Assembly: GCF_006345805.1 (NCBI RefSeq)
Contig: NC_043000.1
Location: forward strand, 66,774,001-66,838,000
DNA length: 64,000 nucleotides
Source of the DNA: Octopus sinensis
Taxonomy: Eukaryota
Direction: 5' to 3'
Positions 11,940 to 25,360 of this stretch are shown here, piece by piece; the stretch's first letter is position 1; each line of letters opens with the position of its first letter. A program made the translations under genes and the position numbers. The notes under the pieces are model-generated. The model was given only the letters and a program-made list of their open reading frames with translations. It searched no databases and was not told the origin of the DNA.

Positions 11940-14900
11940 CAATGTCAGTGTCCATAAGGTCGCTCGGCTAGGAAGATTCCAAGCGAACCCAACCTCAGAT
12001 ACTAGACCACACCCAATAAGGGTAATCTTTTCCTCCGATCGGGAGGCTTCAGTCTTTCTGAACAGAGCTCAGACGCATGCCTGGGAGGACCCCAATATGG
12101 GTTTTCGCGAGGAGTACTCACTAAGAGAGAGAATTCACCGGAGAAATCTAATATCCGAGCTAAAGATGAGGAAACAAATGGGAGAGAAGGGTTTACGAAT
12201 CCAAGATGGACAGATAATCAAGTCCTACCTCTGGTCCCATGCTGTAGTGCTGACAGGGAAAGTGATGTGAGGGCAAATCGAAGTGAAGTTGATACCCCCG
12301 TCAACGATGCTATCTCTGATACCCCTTATTCTGCTTGTTCCCCAACTCCCGCCCCTCAGACTTCACAGCTCAGCATCGTCTACACCAACTCGTGCTCCTT
12401 ATTCCCAAAGTTCAGTGAACTATTTACACTGGCCATACGTGACTCCCCTGATGTGATAGTTATCACCGAGACTTGGCTGACTCCAGCAGTAAAGGACTCA
12501 GAAATCCACCTGCAGGGTTACGTCCTTTTCAGATGTGACAGAGGAAAAAGGCGAGGTGGAGGTGTTGCTGTGTATGTTAAGTCTGAGCACAAACCGTCCA
12601 GCGGTATTCTACCCACTAATGCTCAACCTACAACAAAATTCGGTGCCGTCTATTGCAAGCTGAGCCTATCTGAGTTTTGCCTGCCCGTGTTGGCTGTCTA
12701 CAGGCCGCCTCTTGCCGACCCCCAGGACGATGCTCATTTACTCGAGGCGATAAGATTCGTTTCAGCTTCGCATGACTGTTTGGTACTAGGAGACTTCAAC
12801 GCTCCCACGATCGATTGCCCGCATCAATTTGTACAACATCTTCCCGTTCGGCCAGCCCTTCTTGACGTGGCTGAAGATTGTTTTTCTATCGCACATGTTG
12901 AATATCCGACAAGGCATCGGTCTGGGCAGCAGCCATCTATGCTAGATCTGGTATTCTCCCGCTATCCAAGATCAGTGTCAGACGTATCTGTGTGCGCCCC
13001 TCTTGCCAAGAGTGATCATGCGGTCCTGAAGTTCGTCATGCACACAACTTTTTCTACGCCCACGACTACTTCGCTGCCACGTAGAGTCTTCTCTGCAATT
13101 AATCTTGAAATTCTAACCGAGGCTTCCGCGCTTCTGGACTGGCGATTCCTGATGACGTTGTCCTCAGTCGACGAACTATGGTCATCCCTCAAAGCATATG
13201 TAATCTGTTTGACTGACCAGGCAGTTCCCGTTGGGCTTCCCAAGAGGAAGAAACACAAGCCCTGGGTGACGAAGAAGGTTAAACGAGAACGTCGACTCAG
13301 AGATATTGCTTGGGCTGAATTCAGAAATCTGGATTCGACTGCAGCTTTTGAGGTGTACAAAACTCAACGAGACCGAGCCGTGAAAATTGAAAAGAAAGAA
13401 CGCTGCAGTTATGAATACAAAATTGCGGCAAATGCCAGTAGCAATCCAAAAACCTTCTTTGCCCATGTCCAGCGGAATTCCCGCTTGAACAACCAGATTG
13501 CAACGTTGGTAGACTCAACAGGCGTATCGATTGAGGACCCTTATCAACAGAGTCAGTTATTTGCCGAGGCTTTTTCAACTATTTTCAAGCAAGATGATGG
13601 TCGTGAACCCCCTCCATTTGTTAGATCGGTACCTCCAATGCTTCGATTGGTCATCACGCGGGACGAAGTCAAATGTGTTATTCAAGGCCTCGATGTCAAC
13701 AAGGGTCACGGCCCTGACGGCATACACCCACGGGTTATCAAAGCGTTGGCTCCGATCATCTGCGAGCCCTTAACACGACTATTCAATATGTCATTGGCGA
13801 CGGGTGTTATACCTGCAGACTGGAGAACAGCGATAATCTGCCCAATTTTCAAGAAAGGGAGCCGCGAAGACCCGCTTAACTACCGACCGGTTTCCCTTAC
13901 ATCAATAATCAGCAAGATGTTCGAAACCATCCTTAGAAAAGTATGATGCTCCACCTCCTAAACACAGCCTCTATCTCTGATTCCCAACACGGCTTCGTGC
14001 CGAAGAGATCATGCTTGACCAACTTACTAGTATGGAAGAATTGGTGACGCGCATCCTCGATGATAGTGATGCTGTTGACATCGTTTTATTGGACTTTGCC
14101 AAAGCTTTTGACTCGGTAAACCACCGCCTATTACTTGTCAAGCTTCAAGCATATAGTTTCCATCCGGATATTGTACGATGGTTGGTGCCTTCCTCTCAGA
14201 TCGCTCCTTCCAAGTCCAAGTTAATGGTTCGCGGTCCGACGTCTCCAGTGCGAGCAGTGGCGTGCCTCAAGGTTCAGTGCTTGGGCCCTTGTTGTTCTTA
14301 GTCTTCATAAATGACTTGCCCGACGACCTCACGCAACACACCCTTCTATTTGCCGACGATATCAAACTGGTCGCTCCTCGCGGTAATATAGAGGATCTTC
14401 GTCGATGCCTCCACCAAATTTGGAAGTGGTCTAACGATTGGGACCTGTGTCTGAACGTGTCAAAGTACTGTCATCTGCCTGTCGGCTCTACTCCTGCAAC
14501 TCAACTTGATTTCGAGCCGGGTCGTCTGCTGCTGGAGAGGACCCATCAGGTAAAGGACCTGGGTATCTTGGTGGATTCCTCCTTTTCGCCTTCAGCCCAG
14601 TGCGTCCATGCTGCCAACAAAGCACGCGGAATTCTGTTCTTGATTCGACGGTCATTCGGAATGCTCACAGCAGCCATATTCCTACCACTCTATGTCACGC
14701 TGGTGAGACCCATATTGGAGTATGGGATTCAAGCCTCTTCTCCTTATCTCCTCAAAGACATACAGCATCTCGAAAGAGTCCAGAAGCTGGCTACCCGCAT
14801 GGTTCATGGTCTCAAAAATTTGTCCTACGAAGAAAGGCTGAGGACGCTCGACCTTTATTCTCTTGAAAAACGCCGCCGCCGTGGTGATCTCATTCTCGCC

Positions 14901-15228
14901 CACAACATCATAAGCGGAAAGTGTAACCTCTCGAAAGAGCTGTTCTTCACTCCTGCCCCTCGAGCGTCGGCTGCGGGGTCATTCCGAAAAGCTCTACCTG
15001 CGACGATTTCATCTCAATCGAAGGAGAGGAGCTTTCTCCGTCCGGGTTGCGGATCCGTGGAACAAGCTGCCAGACGAGATGGTGAAGATGCCGACGACCG
15101 CTTTGTTCAAAGCCTCCCTGGACCTCAGTGGCCGGAACTCTTTACATGAACACAACCCTGTACTTAACTCCATGTCCCCCTACATGGCCTTGCTATTTGC
15201 TTTTGAGCCAAATTAACTAACTAACTAA
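11940..15228 (+). mobile_element. CR1-clade LINE, 5'-truncated in ORF1, near-complete ORF2 (APE plus RT)
   Basis: APE: YTNSCSL, ITETWL, GGGVAVYV, LGDFNAP, LDLVF, SDHAVL. RT: DFAKAFDSV, GVPQGSVLGPLLF, LFADDIKL. ORF1 tail at 11941-12270; (TAAC)n tail at about 15212-15228; five 1-bp indels. Confidence 0.97.
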
Positions 15229-15249
15229 CATACATACATACATACATAC

Positions 15250-15299
<50 letters not shown>

Positions 15300-15532
15300 G
15301 TCTCTTTATTAGCCACACTGGGCCGAACACAGAGGGAACAAAATACAATGTAGAAAAAAAAGAGAAAAATAAAATTCCGATCAAAAGGGATCGTGTATTA
15401 CAGAAAAATTTTTAAAGTGTAAAAAGCAAGATAGGTTTATTCGTGGAAAGAAAAGCCTACGGAAAAGACCACGGTAACCTCAAGCAAGAAGGGAATAAAC
15501 ACATGAGAGCAAAATGCTCTCTCTCCCTCACC

Positions 15533-15593
<61 letters not shown>

Positions 15594-17935
15594 GTCTTAC
15601 CGATTTACAGGATCATGCTCGAAGTGGTTTTGTCACTCGCACGCACCATCTTTGCTACATTCACCCATCTTTTATTGAAACTTTCACGAGACAAAATTTG
15701 CCTCTCTATTCTCATCTTCCTTTTCAAGTGGTACTTAAAAAAGTTGATGAGCGATTGCCCTGAGAGGTAAGTATTTGTCTCTAAACCTTTTGCTCGAGTC
15801 CACCGCACACATTCTTTCACCATGGCCACCAGTACAATGAAGACTGCCTTGCCTTCCAAGTTAAGAGAAGGTGGAAGAGCAACTGTCATGATAGATTCGG
15901 CCGACAGGCGGACTCGTCCCACACGTGATAGCGGCCGTTCGGCATAAGGCCACAGGTCCGAAATGGTTGGACATTGCCGAGTGCGTGCAGAACGGTTTCG
16001 TCGCTCTGACCGCATCTCGGGCAAATCAGTCCGGTGTGTCTCGAATCGTGCCTGTAGAGCTTATCCCGAACGGGTAATGCTTCTCGATAGCACTGCGAGG
16101 CCAGAGATCTTTGGTGATTGTCCATAGTTCCCGGTCCGAAAGTTGTCCTGAACGGGCGGGTCAGGTGTTCTTCGTCGACGCCCCGCGTCTGCCCGAGAAC
16201 GTCGTCGCACCTCTCCTCCACTAATCCTGTATAGAACGCCTTTGTGGAGTTGAAGTTGCACAAGTTTGGTCCCGGACGGCAGAGTTGCTTGAGAGCAAGG
16301 CAGCACTCGCCTAGCCTCGTTCTCTGTTTGATCCACGACTGCAGTTCGGCCAGAGAGACGAGCTGCGGGAAAGCGCGCTGCACAAACGTCGACCACACCT
16401 GTTCACCGTCATCTATGAAGCACCGGAGATGTTGCAGTCTCAGCGCATGTCTGCACATCATCAACCACGGCATGTCTAGCCCTCCATTTAGCGGGTGTTG
16501 ACAGCAAATGGATCGCCCAACTATCGAAACGCTTCCCTTACACAAAAAGCAAAAGAGTATACGTTCCAGTTTGGTGATGGTATGGTCGGGACAAGGCACG
16601 ACGGTAATCGATGACGGATGCGATGTACGCGTTCGCCACCTCCACCCGACCTTTTAGGGATAGCTTCCTCTCAGCCCATTGCTGGGTGAGAGTGACCATC
16701 CTAGTCGTTATCTCGCCCCAGTTCTTCATTTGGAGGTCCGGACCGAACCAGACTCCGAGCAATTTAACCGGTCCGTCTGTCCAGCGTCCCACAATGGAGA
16801 CGCTTTTGGACGGCATGGGTTTGCTTCTCCAGGTGCCGAGCCGCAAGCCCACTGACTTTTCCCAGTTAATTTTTGCTCCCGTTACCGCTTCGTTTTCTTT
16901 TAGTGTCTCGCCGACCAGGTCGATATGCCTGTGGCTCGACACTATGACGGTGACGTCGTCCGCGTATGCAGATACGCTCCTCTCGCATCCCAGATCTCGC
17001 GGTATTCCCCTCAGCATCGATAGCTTCCGCAATATTGGCTCAAGAGCCAATACGTACAGAAGTGATGAGAGGGGGCATCCTTGACGAACCGAATGCGTGA
17101 TGTTAAATGGTCTGGACATATGACCATTTACGCGAACTACCGAGCGGATGCCGCTGTATAAGGCAGCGATCCAACCGCGGAAGATGGGACCGAAACTAGC
17201 CGCTCTAAGAACAGCCTCCAAGTAGTGATGGTCTACCCTATCGAAAGCTTTTGATTGATCTAAATTGATCAGCGCCCCACCCATGCCAGGTTCCTTAACT
17301 ACCCTGTCTATGATGTAGCGCATCAGATGGAAGCTGTCATGGATACTCCTACCCAGCACGGCGCACGTTTGCACCTTGTCGATCAGTTTCTCGATGACAA
17401 GCGCCAACCTCTCGGCTAAACCTTGGCTAAAATCTTCAAGTCTGTGTTGAGTAGAGTGATGGGCCTGAAGTTGTTGAAAGGCCTCACACATCCTTTCAGG
17501 CTCGAGTAATTCGCGCCCTTGCTCATCTGTCAAGGACCTAATGGTAGCTTTGTTGCCTCGTTGCGCCTCCGCCACTCGTGCCTCTCGGGCGGCTCCAACT
17601 CCTTCGTTCCTCAGAGCACGCATCCTAGCTCTGACAACGCATCCTTTGTGTTTGGCGTTGGAGTGTTGATCGAGGGCCAACCTCGCCGCCAGTACGTTGG
17701 ACGCGATGCCAGTTCTGAGTGCCTCTTCTAATTTTTTAACTAGGTCTCCCTCTATTCTGTTTCAGTCTAATACTAGGGCCTTGTTGTAGCTAACCGATTC
17801 TACTTTAATTGCTTTCTTTAGGGCATACCACCATCTATTGTTTACGATGGCATCCGTCAATGCTCTCTTAGCTAATGTGCTAATCCGGTCCCTGCAAGCC
17901 TGGCGTGTCGTCTTCATCTGACGATGTCGGAGGAA
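15300..17935 (-). mobile_element. Tx1-clade (L1 group) LINE ORF2 (RT plus C-terminal zinc finger), no APE domain, internal deletion
   Basis: LDQSKAFDRVDH, SVRQGCPLSSLLYVL, AYADDVTV, LLGVWFG, CPRCGQSDETVLHAL; 3' UTR with (GA)n and AATAAA near 15305. Confidence 0.93.
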
Positions 17936-17954
17936 TCAGAAGGTGGGAGGGGAA

Positions 17955-19120
17955 GGGTATTAGGGTCTATTTCTGAGTGTGTTGGTTTTGTTGTTGGTGT
18001 TGGTGCTGGTTGGTGATAGTTGGTGTATGGGTTTTTGGGGTGGGGTATGAGTCTTTTTGGTTTTCTCTTCTTCCTTTGAAGTTGTTGTTGGTGGTGATGA
18101 TGATGTTGTTTCTGTTCTTGGTGACGCTGGTGGTGGTGTTGTTTGGTTGGGCTGGTTTGTTGGTTGCTGATGTTTCTTCATTTGTTTGTAGAGCTGTTTA
18201 ATTAGTTCTGTATATGGCGGGGAGGGGAGCAGTGCTGGTTTTTTGCTCGGTTTGTGGTTTTCTTGTGATTATTGTTTTTTTTCGTGATCTTGTTGTTGTT
18301 GTTGTTTCTGTGCTAGTGGGTAATTAATTTTCAAGTGTGCTTTGCTACCACAAATGTAGCAACGTGGCTTTCTGCCTTCGACGGCCACATGCAAACTCGA
18401 ATCCTCTGTCAATTGGATTCGATGTGGAATTTTTTCGAAATTCATTGGATTGATTTGAGCAAGGATTTCGACTCCTTGGCCAATCCAGTTTTGCTGGTCC
18501 AGGACAGCGATTTCCAAGATATGGATTTCGTCCTTGATGTCATAGCAAATGGCAGATACAAGCCATTTTATTTCTATTTCTGGGAGCACATTTTTAATTG
18601 TTATTTTTGTGACCCTATGACCAAGGTATGTAGGGATCATCAGTGAATTTTCAAATTGAAAGGACTTTGTGGAGAGGTCCTTGGTTCTTTCTTCACTGTC
18701 GAATCTCACTTCGATCGTGGCAAATCTGTTTCCCCTCGTTATGTAGTTTTTAAAGCCCCATATGTGCCTTAAACATTTTTCTACATTTTCTTGAGTGGCC
18801 CTTTCATATAGCTTTGCTTTTAGATTGGGTGTCTTGTAGCATTTCTTTTTTTTTTTGCGATTTTTTCCGTAATGTTTTGTGGTGTCTGTAGTTGTATACT
18901 GAGGTCGTCTTTTTTAAACATTGCTTTACAGGCAAGCAGTTCTTCCTTCGAAAAACATGATTTTTTTCTTTAACTTTAAAGCTGTGGCAAAATTGTTTTC
19001 AGTATTCGTGTTGGTTGTGGTGGTGATGGCGGTAGTTGTGGTAGCAGTAGTGGAGGCAGTGTTCATAGTAGTAAACATATTTTCTCCTTTGTTCGTTTTT
19101 CCATACAAAAGAGCCAACTA
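17955..19120 (-). mobile_element. Tx1-like ORF1 (gag-like, zinc knuckle), broken
   Basis: PTYLGHRVTKITI..VAVEGRKPRCYICGSKAHLKIN (decayed CX2CX4HX4C) followed by Q/T-rich low-complexity sequence. Confidence 0.7.
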
Positions 19121-19417
19121 ACTACATACAGATAGATAGACAGACAGACAGACAGCAGATAGATAGATAGATACATCTAGACTGTTATTGACATCAGGTA
19201 ACCAAATGCTGTAAACAGGCTATAAACAGCATACTACAAGATATATACCTGAATATAAAATTATTACCTATATATAAGCTAATATATAAATATATATGTA
19301 TATATGTATACAGATGCACACACGCACACTCACACACATATCATCATTATCATCATCAAAGGAGGACGTTAAACAATGATGATGATGATGATGTGTGTGT
19401 GTATGTATATATATATA

Positions 19418-20578
19418 TTGGGTCATCCTATAAATAATGCAGTTTTTTGATACTTCTTTTATTTTTCAAAATTAAGATAAACAAAGTTCTTTTTTAATCT
19501 AAAATATACTCTCCTTCATTTTCTACAATGCTCTTCCATCTTTCTGGCAGACTTGCAAGGCCTCTTTTCCAAACTTCACTTGTCTGTGACAAAAAATACT
19601 CTTCCTGTACTGTTCTGACCGTGTCTACAGATGATTTTGAAGACAGCAGAATAAATGATTATCAGATGGGGCTATGTCCAGTGAATATGGTGGATGGGGC
19701 ATCATTTCCCATCCATACTGCTCCAGCCTTTGAAATGTCATCCTCGCAGTAGATCTCCTTTGTTATCATTTGGTTTGGTTTAAAAGTTCAAAGTGGACTA
19801 AACCTTTGGTATTCCACCAAATAAATAACAACACCTTACATGGGTGAAGGCTTTCTTTAGCCTGGGGTAGTAGTATTTCTCCTTTCCCTACCCACTGTCT
19901 TCAGCACTCAACATTTTTATAGAGAACCCATTTCTCATCACCAGTCACTATTTGGTCCAAAAACGTTCATTCGTGTGACATGACAGCAAAAAAGAGCACA
20001 CATTCACTCTCTGCACATGAGTTGACTCGGAAAGTTTATGAGGAACCCATTGACCCAATTTCCTGACTTTTTCAATGGCACACAGGTATCAATGAATGGT
20101 TGAATAACCAAATCCAAGCTTCCCTGCTAGTTTCTCAGCAGTTACAATGGAATTTTGTTCCACCAGGGTTTGCAGGATGTCCTCATCAAGCTCTATAGAT
20201 TTTCCAGGATGAGGCTCATCTTCTAGGTTGTAGTTTCCAGCTTGGAATTTCTGAAACCACTGTAGACACTGGCTTGTGCCTATTACCTGATCCCCATATA
20301 CTGCATTAATATTCCTCACACTTTTCCTTGCATTGTTGTCTTTATTGAACTCATAAAGCAAAACATGCCGAATATACTCCTTTGTCACTTCCATCATAGC
20401 TTTGAAAAAATAGCTGTTAAAATCGAACTGCACTCTTCAAAAACGTGCACTAAGAATAAGGGCAAAGGAAAAATTACTACCTGCTTTTATAGCAAGTTGA
20501 TGCAGGTAGTTTAATCCCATCCCCCTCTGACTTTTAATTCATGCAATTGAAAAAAATCAGATTATTTTATGGGATGAC

Positions 20579-20582
<4 letters not shown>
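19418..20582 (-). mobile_element. Tc1/mariner (mariner-type) transposon, internally deleted
   Basis: TIRs TTGGGTCATCC(T/C)ATAAA.. at both ends within (TA)n; HTH ORF 20089-20433, WVPHKL, VTGDEKWVLY, HPPYSLDIAPSD, ERWKSIVENEGEY*. Confidence 0.95.
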
Positions 20583-20612
<30 letters not shown>

Positions 20613-20639
20613 TATATAGTTATGTATATGTATATATGT

Positions 20640-21400
20640 GTGTGTTTATGTTGTTTGGAGCGTCAGGTTTGTAGGTGATTGATGTAAGGTTAGGATAGTT
20701 GTGCACAAGTTTCTAGGGAATAGTGCTTGTCTTTATGTTTTGAGGAGATGTTCGAAGGTTTTGTAGATGTAGAAGAAAAATAGTTGATGAGAAATTACTC
20801 CATTTTGGAAGTGCTATTTTTAACCTCTATATACATTCAGTGATCTGACAGCTAGTTTACTAGCCACATTTTGTGTTATTTTTTAAGGCGTTGTGTTTTC
20901 TAAAATTAGGACATTAACAAATATTTAGGTTTTTACACTCTTAATGTTAGAATGTCTTAATAATGGAAAATACATCTCATTTATTTAACTATTTAATATT
21001 GCTTTGAATCTTTTGTAGTTCATCATTTGCTGAAATGACATTTTTTTTTATATAGTAAGCAATATTTGTTCCAAAACCTTTGGTCATGTTGGCTTTCAAT
21101 TGATTTTCGTTGATAGTGATTTAAAACACTTTAGTCATCACCCAACTATTGACCTATATATATTCAAACATAGCAGGGAGAGGATTTTCTATGACTTACA
21201 TTCAGTCAGAATTCTTCCATCCTATATTTTTATGTCTTCTTTTTATTTCAAAAGTCCTAGCATATTTAATTTCCAATTAAGTATGCTATCTTATACCATC
21301 ACAAGTATAACTTCAGCAAAAGGTCACTCAATTATGTACCATATTCTCTAACTCTTCAATAAAATTAGTTAATGCCAGAGACTCCCTTCCTAATTTCCAA
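20640..21400 (-). mobile_element. Old Penelope-like GIY-YIG remnant
   Basis: PCYV*IYIGQ and LNEMYFPLLRH-like stretches; heavily decayed. Confidence 0.4.
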
Positions 21401-22174
21401 ATTACTACCAAAATATTTCTAAGCTTAAAAGTGCTTTTGAAACCATAAACTACAAAACACTGACATTAAAATAATAATATGTTATATGAGAGGAGACTTA
21501 GAAAAATAAGTTGATTTAAAAGTTATTTAACAGTTACATTGTAATATCTGGAGCTGAGTAACTTCAGATGTCTAGAAATTAGTATAGCTTTTGTGTCTTT
21601 TATGTCTCAATAGTTGGGCCACTCCTATTTACAATGTACATATATATTATAAGATAATCAGAATACAAGTGCTCATGACCTTTGAGATGAAATCAATGTT
21701 GTTGAACAACTCCAGATAGGTGTGGGTAATGAGAAAAATGTTAGGCAGGGAGGGGATTTCAGAAGGATGTATTCTGCAAAGAATGGATTGGGAAAGTATT
21801 TAAGGTGGACTCTTGGAGGTGAGACAAAGCAAATGCAACAGAAAAAAGAAAGAAAATGAAATCATTGGTTTGGATGGAGAGAATATGCATTTAGTTAGTT
21901 CAGAGAACCAGAAACCATTGTAGAAGTGATATAATAGATAGACAAAAGTAACTGTCTGAACTATATTGTTTTAAGATTGTTGGTGACTGTTTATACTAGT
22001 CAGACCAAAGGCTTTCTTTTGAATTAGGTCTTGGGTGTTAATTAGTGTAGCAGCTGAGCCATCTCATAGATGTAAGTTGTATATTAATGTAACTATTACT
22101 TGAGAATTGTAGAGGTTAATAACTGACTTCCTGATGTTAAAGAGGAAGCTAGTCTTTGTAATGCAGTTAGCTAT

Positions 22175-22328
22175 GGGCTTCTTTCAGTTTCCATCTACCA
22201 AATCCACTCACAAGGCTTTGGTCAGCCTAATGCTATAGTAGAAGACACTTGCCCAAGGTACCACACTGTGGGACTGAACCCAGAACCATGTGGTTGAGAA
22301 GCAAGCTTCTTGCCATACAGCCATGCCA
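22175..22328 (-). mobile_element. SINE 5' half
   Basis: Reverse complement of the head of the 37338 family. Confidence 0.8.
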
Positions 22329-22416
22329 TTTTAGAATAACATTGTAGGGTAGGTGTGAGAGGTGGATCTGGGTACTTTGAACATAAAACCAGTAGAACAC
22401 TCAAGTGTTTTAGCAG

Positions 22417-22467
22417 TCACTACTGACGAGCCTATGACTGATAGGTGAAACTAGTCTAGTCTAGTGA
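22417..22467 (+). ncRNA. Type I hammerhead ribozyme, canonical core
   Basis: TCACTA-CTGACGA-GCCTAT(gactg)ATAGGT-GAAAC-TAgtcTA-GTC-TAGTGA: stems I, II and III all pair. Confidence 0.85.
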
Positions 22468-22852
22468 TCCTAGAAATACTCATGGAGTGGTTATCCCCAC
22501 TATCAGTTTGTGCTTCCTGCAACATTAAGAGTTTTTAATTCTTATTTCTTGCAATATAGGTGCTTTGGCACCTTCAGTCACAATTAGTAATGATATGATT
22601 TTTCATATATATATATATATATAATATATATATATATATATTATGTGAAATAGAAAGATGAATAATCTTGTAGTAGATTAATCAAAAGTTTAACCGATAC
22701 CTTAGTAGCAAAAATCACAGCAGTAAACAGCACGGTTGGAGGTACAACCATCTGGCGTTGCAACCGTGCGTTGGTGCGGATAATTGAAATTAAAACATTA
22801 TTGGTGAATTGAAGAAATGGAGCTGAACGCAGATTGAACAGAAATCGTTTTA

Positions 22853-22942
22853 TTTCATTCTACACGTGTTTCGAAAGGCACAAATTACCAAAATCCGATT
22901 GAATAATGGGACCATATTGTGTCTTTCTCTTCAGGAAGAAAA
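22853..22942 (-). ncRNA. PLE-type hammerhead ribozyme (left pseudo-LTR)
   Basis: Reverse complement of the motif at 25361-25450. Confidence 0.75.
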
Positions 22943-25360
22943 AAGGAAGTCCGTTGGAAAAACAAAAACAGAACAGAGGCGGAGCAAAAACAAATCGAAC
23001 TATGCTCCTAAGAGCCCATGGCGAAACTGTTTATCAGTGTATGTTGAGAACCGGTGGCTGAAGAATTCAACGGGTCAGGCATCGGTCAATCATGTGGGTT
23101 AGGGTGTATAGATGTTCTTTGTGACCGAGAATAAAGTTCTGACTATTTAAGGAATATTGGATGTTTTATAAGGGGCGAGAAAAAATCTACTTAGAGACGT
23201 GTGTGTGTGTATACTGTTCTATATATGTGTGTGTTGGCGTAGGGGTAGAAAACATTTTTTGTGTACGTGTGTGCGTTTGATCGTTCGGCTGTCAGTGGCT
23301 ACTGCCGTGATAACCGTTGGGTGGCAGAAAGAAAAAAAAATATATATTATGTTTTATGTGTGTGTGTGTTCATCTAAGCCTGCCTTGTCAAGGAAACCCC
23401 CCGCTGTGAAAAAACCAAGCCCCGTTTGTCTTACAGGAGTATTCCCCTTGCAGTGGTTAATCGTAGATATCTTAAAGGCTATTTCAGAATTTGTTACCAA
23501 GGGCTATGGGTGCCGGTATTATTTATAAACGCTATTTAAAAGCCAGATAAGTGTAACGCCGCCAATGGGGGCATCGAAAAGCCGGCTGTAAGAGCCCGTT
23601 TACCATCCGGCCTCTGGCAAACAAAATATGGAAGAGTTCGGAGACACAAAGGTTGCACTGTCTTCTGCCCCTATCAAATGGGAGGGCCACCGACAAAATT
23701 GACCATTCCAGCCTATAGCTTAAGTTCGTATCCTTCAGTCGCCATATTAGCTTACTGAGTCCCGTGGTCTGGCGCTTGTTCACGTCCCGAAAAGTTGCGT
23801 AATGGTTGGAGACACGCAAAGACAATCTTGAGGATGATGCCCCTACATAAGTGAAGACATCTGAGTCCGTGTAAACCTTGCATTGGTAGACGGCGTTTTT
23901 GATCTTGGAGTTCGCCGACGTGAATCTTAATCTGCTAGGATTAGTTTCTGAAATTAGAACTGCGTTCCTGTCACTATATTCGTTCCGAGACCTGCAGCCG
24001 CTTACTACTCTATTTTCCACTACGTCACTATTAACTATAGGAATAACCCCTGATTCTCCACTATCTATCAGAGTGCTGTCATTGCTACTGCCCGTGGTGC
24101 TGCTATTGCGGAAATGATGCTGGGGATGCTATTGGGGCTCTCTACCCTACTCCCATTGTTACCGTCAACCACAACACCCCTATTTATAACTATACCCCTA
24201 GTGGGTACTCCCTGGCTGGAGCTGAGATTATGTGTCACTGTACTGGCTCTCATATCATTATTACTACTATAATTATTCCTACTGAGCATTAAACCGGGAG
24301 CGGAAGAGGCTGTGCCTCCGGAAAAAGGTGATAGGGTCTTAGTAAGTAGCCTATTATTATGGGAGGCGATTATCTGGGCGAGGTTTTTAGTGTTGGAGAA
24401 GCTATCCTAACTTTATGTGAGTTAACCGTGGAGTAATATTTGGAATTTCTGGGGAAGTTATTGGCGATGGCTTGTCTAAACATGGGGGGGAGGTTAGTTC
24501 TAATCTGCTTACCAAAGGGGATTACAAACCATATATGCTTATTCCTATCAGTGTGATGGGTCGGGACGCCAGCTCTCGCATTCGGGTGGGTGATTCTCGG
24601 ATGAATAACGGGTCTTGGGTTAGTGTAAGACCTCCCGGACCGATAATTATCCTTGTTCGCTAAATTAAATGCGGAAGCGACCTGCTACTTTAACCGATAC
24701 CAATAATGGAGTTGTTCGAGATTGATGCGTCCCTTAAGGATATTCCTATACCACCAAAGGATGCCTTCCTTAAGGAGTTGGTTTGTAAAACCAACGCATT
24801 CATAAACCGGATAAGATGGCTCATTTTCTTCCACGAGAACGAAGATCTAAAATCGAACCGGACAACAGCATCGTCCGAATACGGCCGGCTTTTTAAAACA
24901 TTGGATACGCCGCCACCGAACCCAAGACTGAAGAAGTTTGAGGACGACTTGTGGGACATAGTTAGAAAGATTAAGTTCAGGAAGTCACCCAGGAGAAATG
25001 CCCACCTCAGATACCTAGATAAAATTACCAAGGATATTAATAGAACGGACGGAGTCCTGGTCCAGTCCGACAAGACCAGGAACACATACAAGATGCCCAT
25101 TAAGCAGTACCTAGATTTACTTTCTCGCCCCTTATAAAACATCCAATATTCCTTAAATAGTCAGAACTTTATTCTCGGTCACAAAGAACATCTATACACC
25201 CTCACCCACATGATTGACCGATGCCTGACCCGTTGAATTCTTCAGCCACCGGTTCTCAACATACACTGATAAACAGTTTCGCCATGGGCTCTTAGGAGCA
25301 TAGTTCGATTTGTTTTTGCTCCGCCTCTGTTCTGTTTTTGTTTTTCCAACGGACTTCCTT

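Noticed and set aside
13016-13578. Antisense ORFs overlapping the CR1, Tx1 and PLE coding regions
   Set aside because: Expected shadow ORFs of GC-richer coding sequence; no protein motifs
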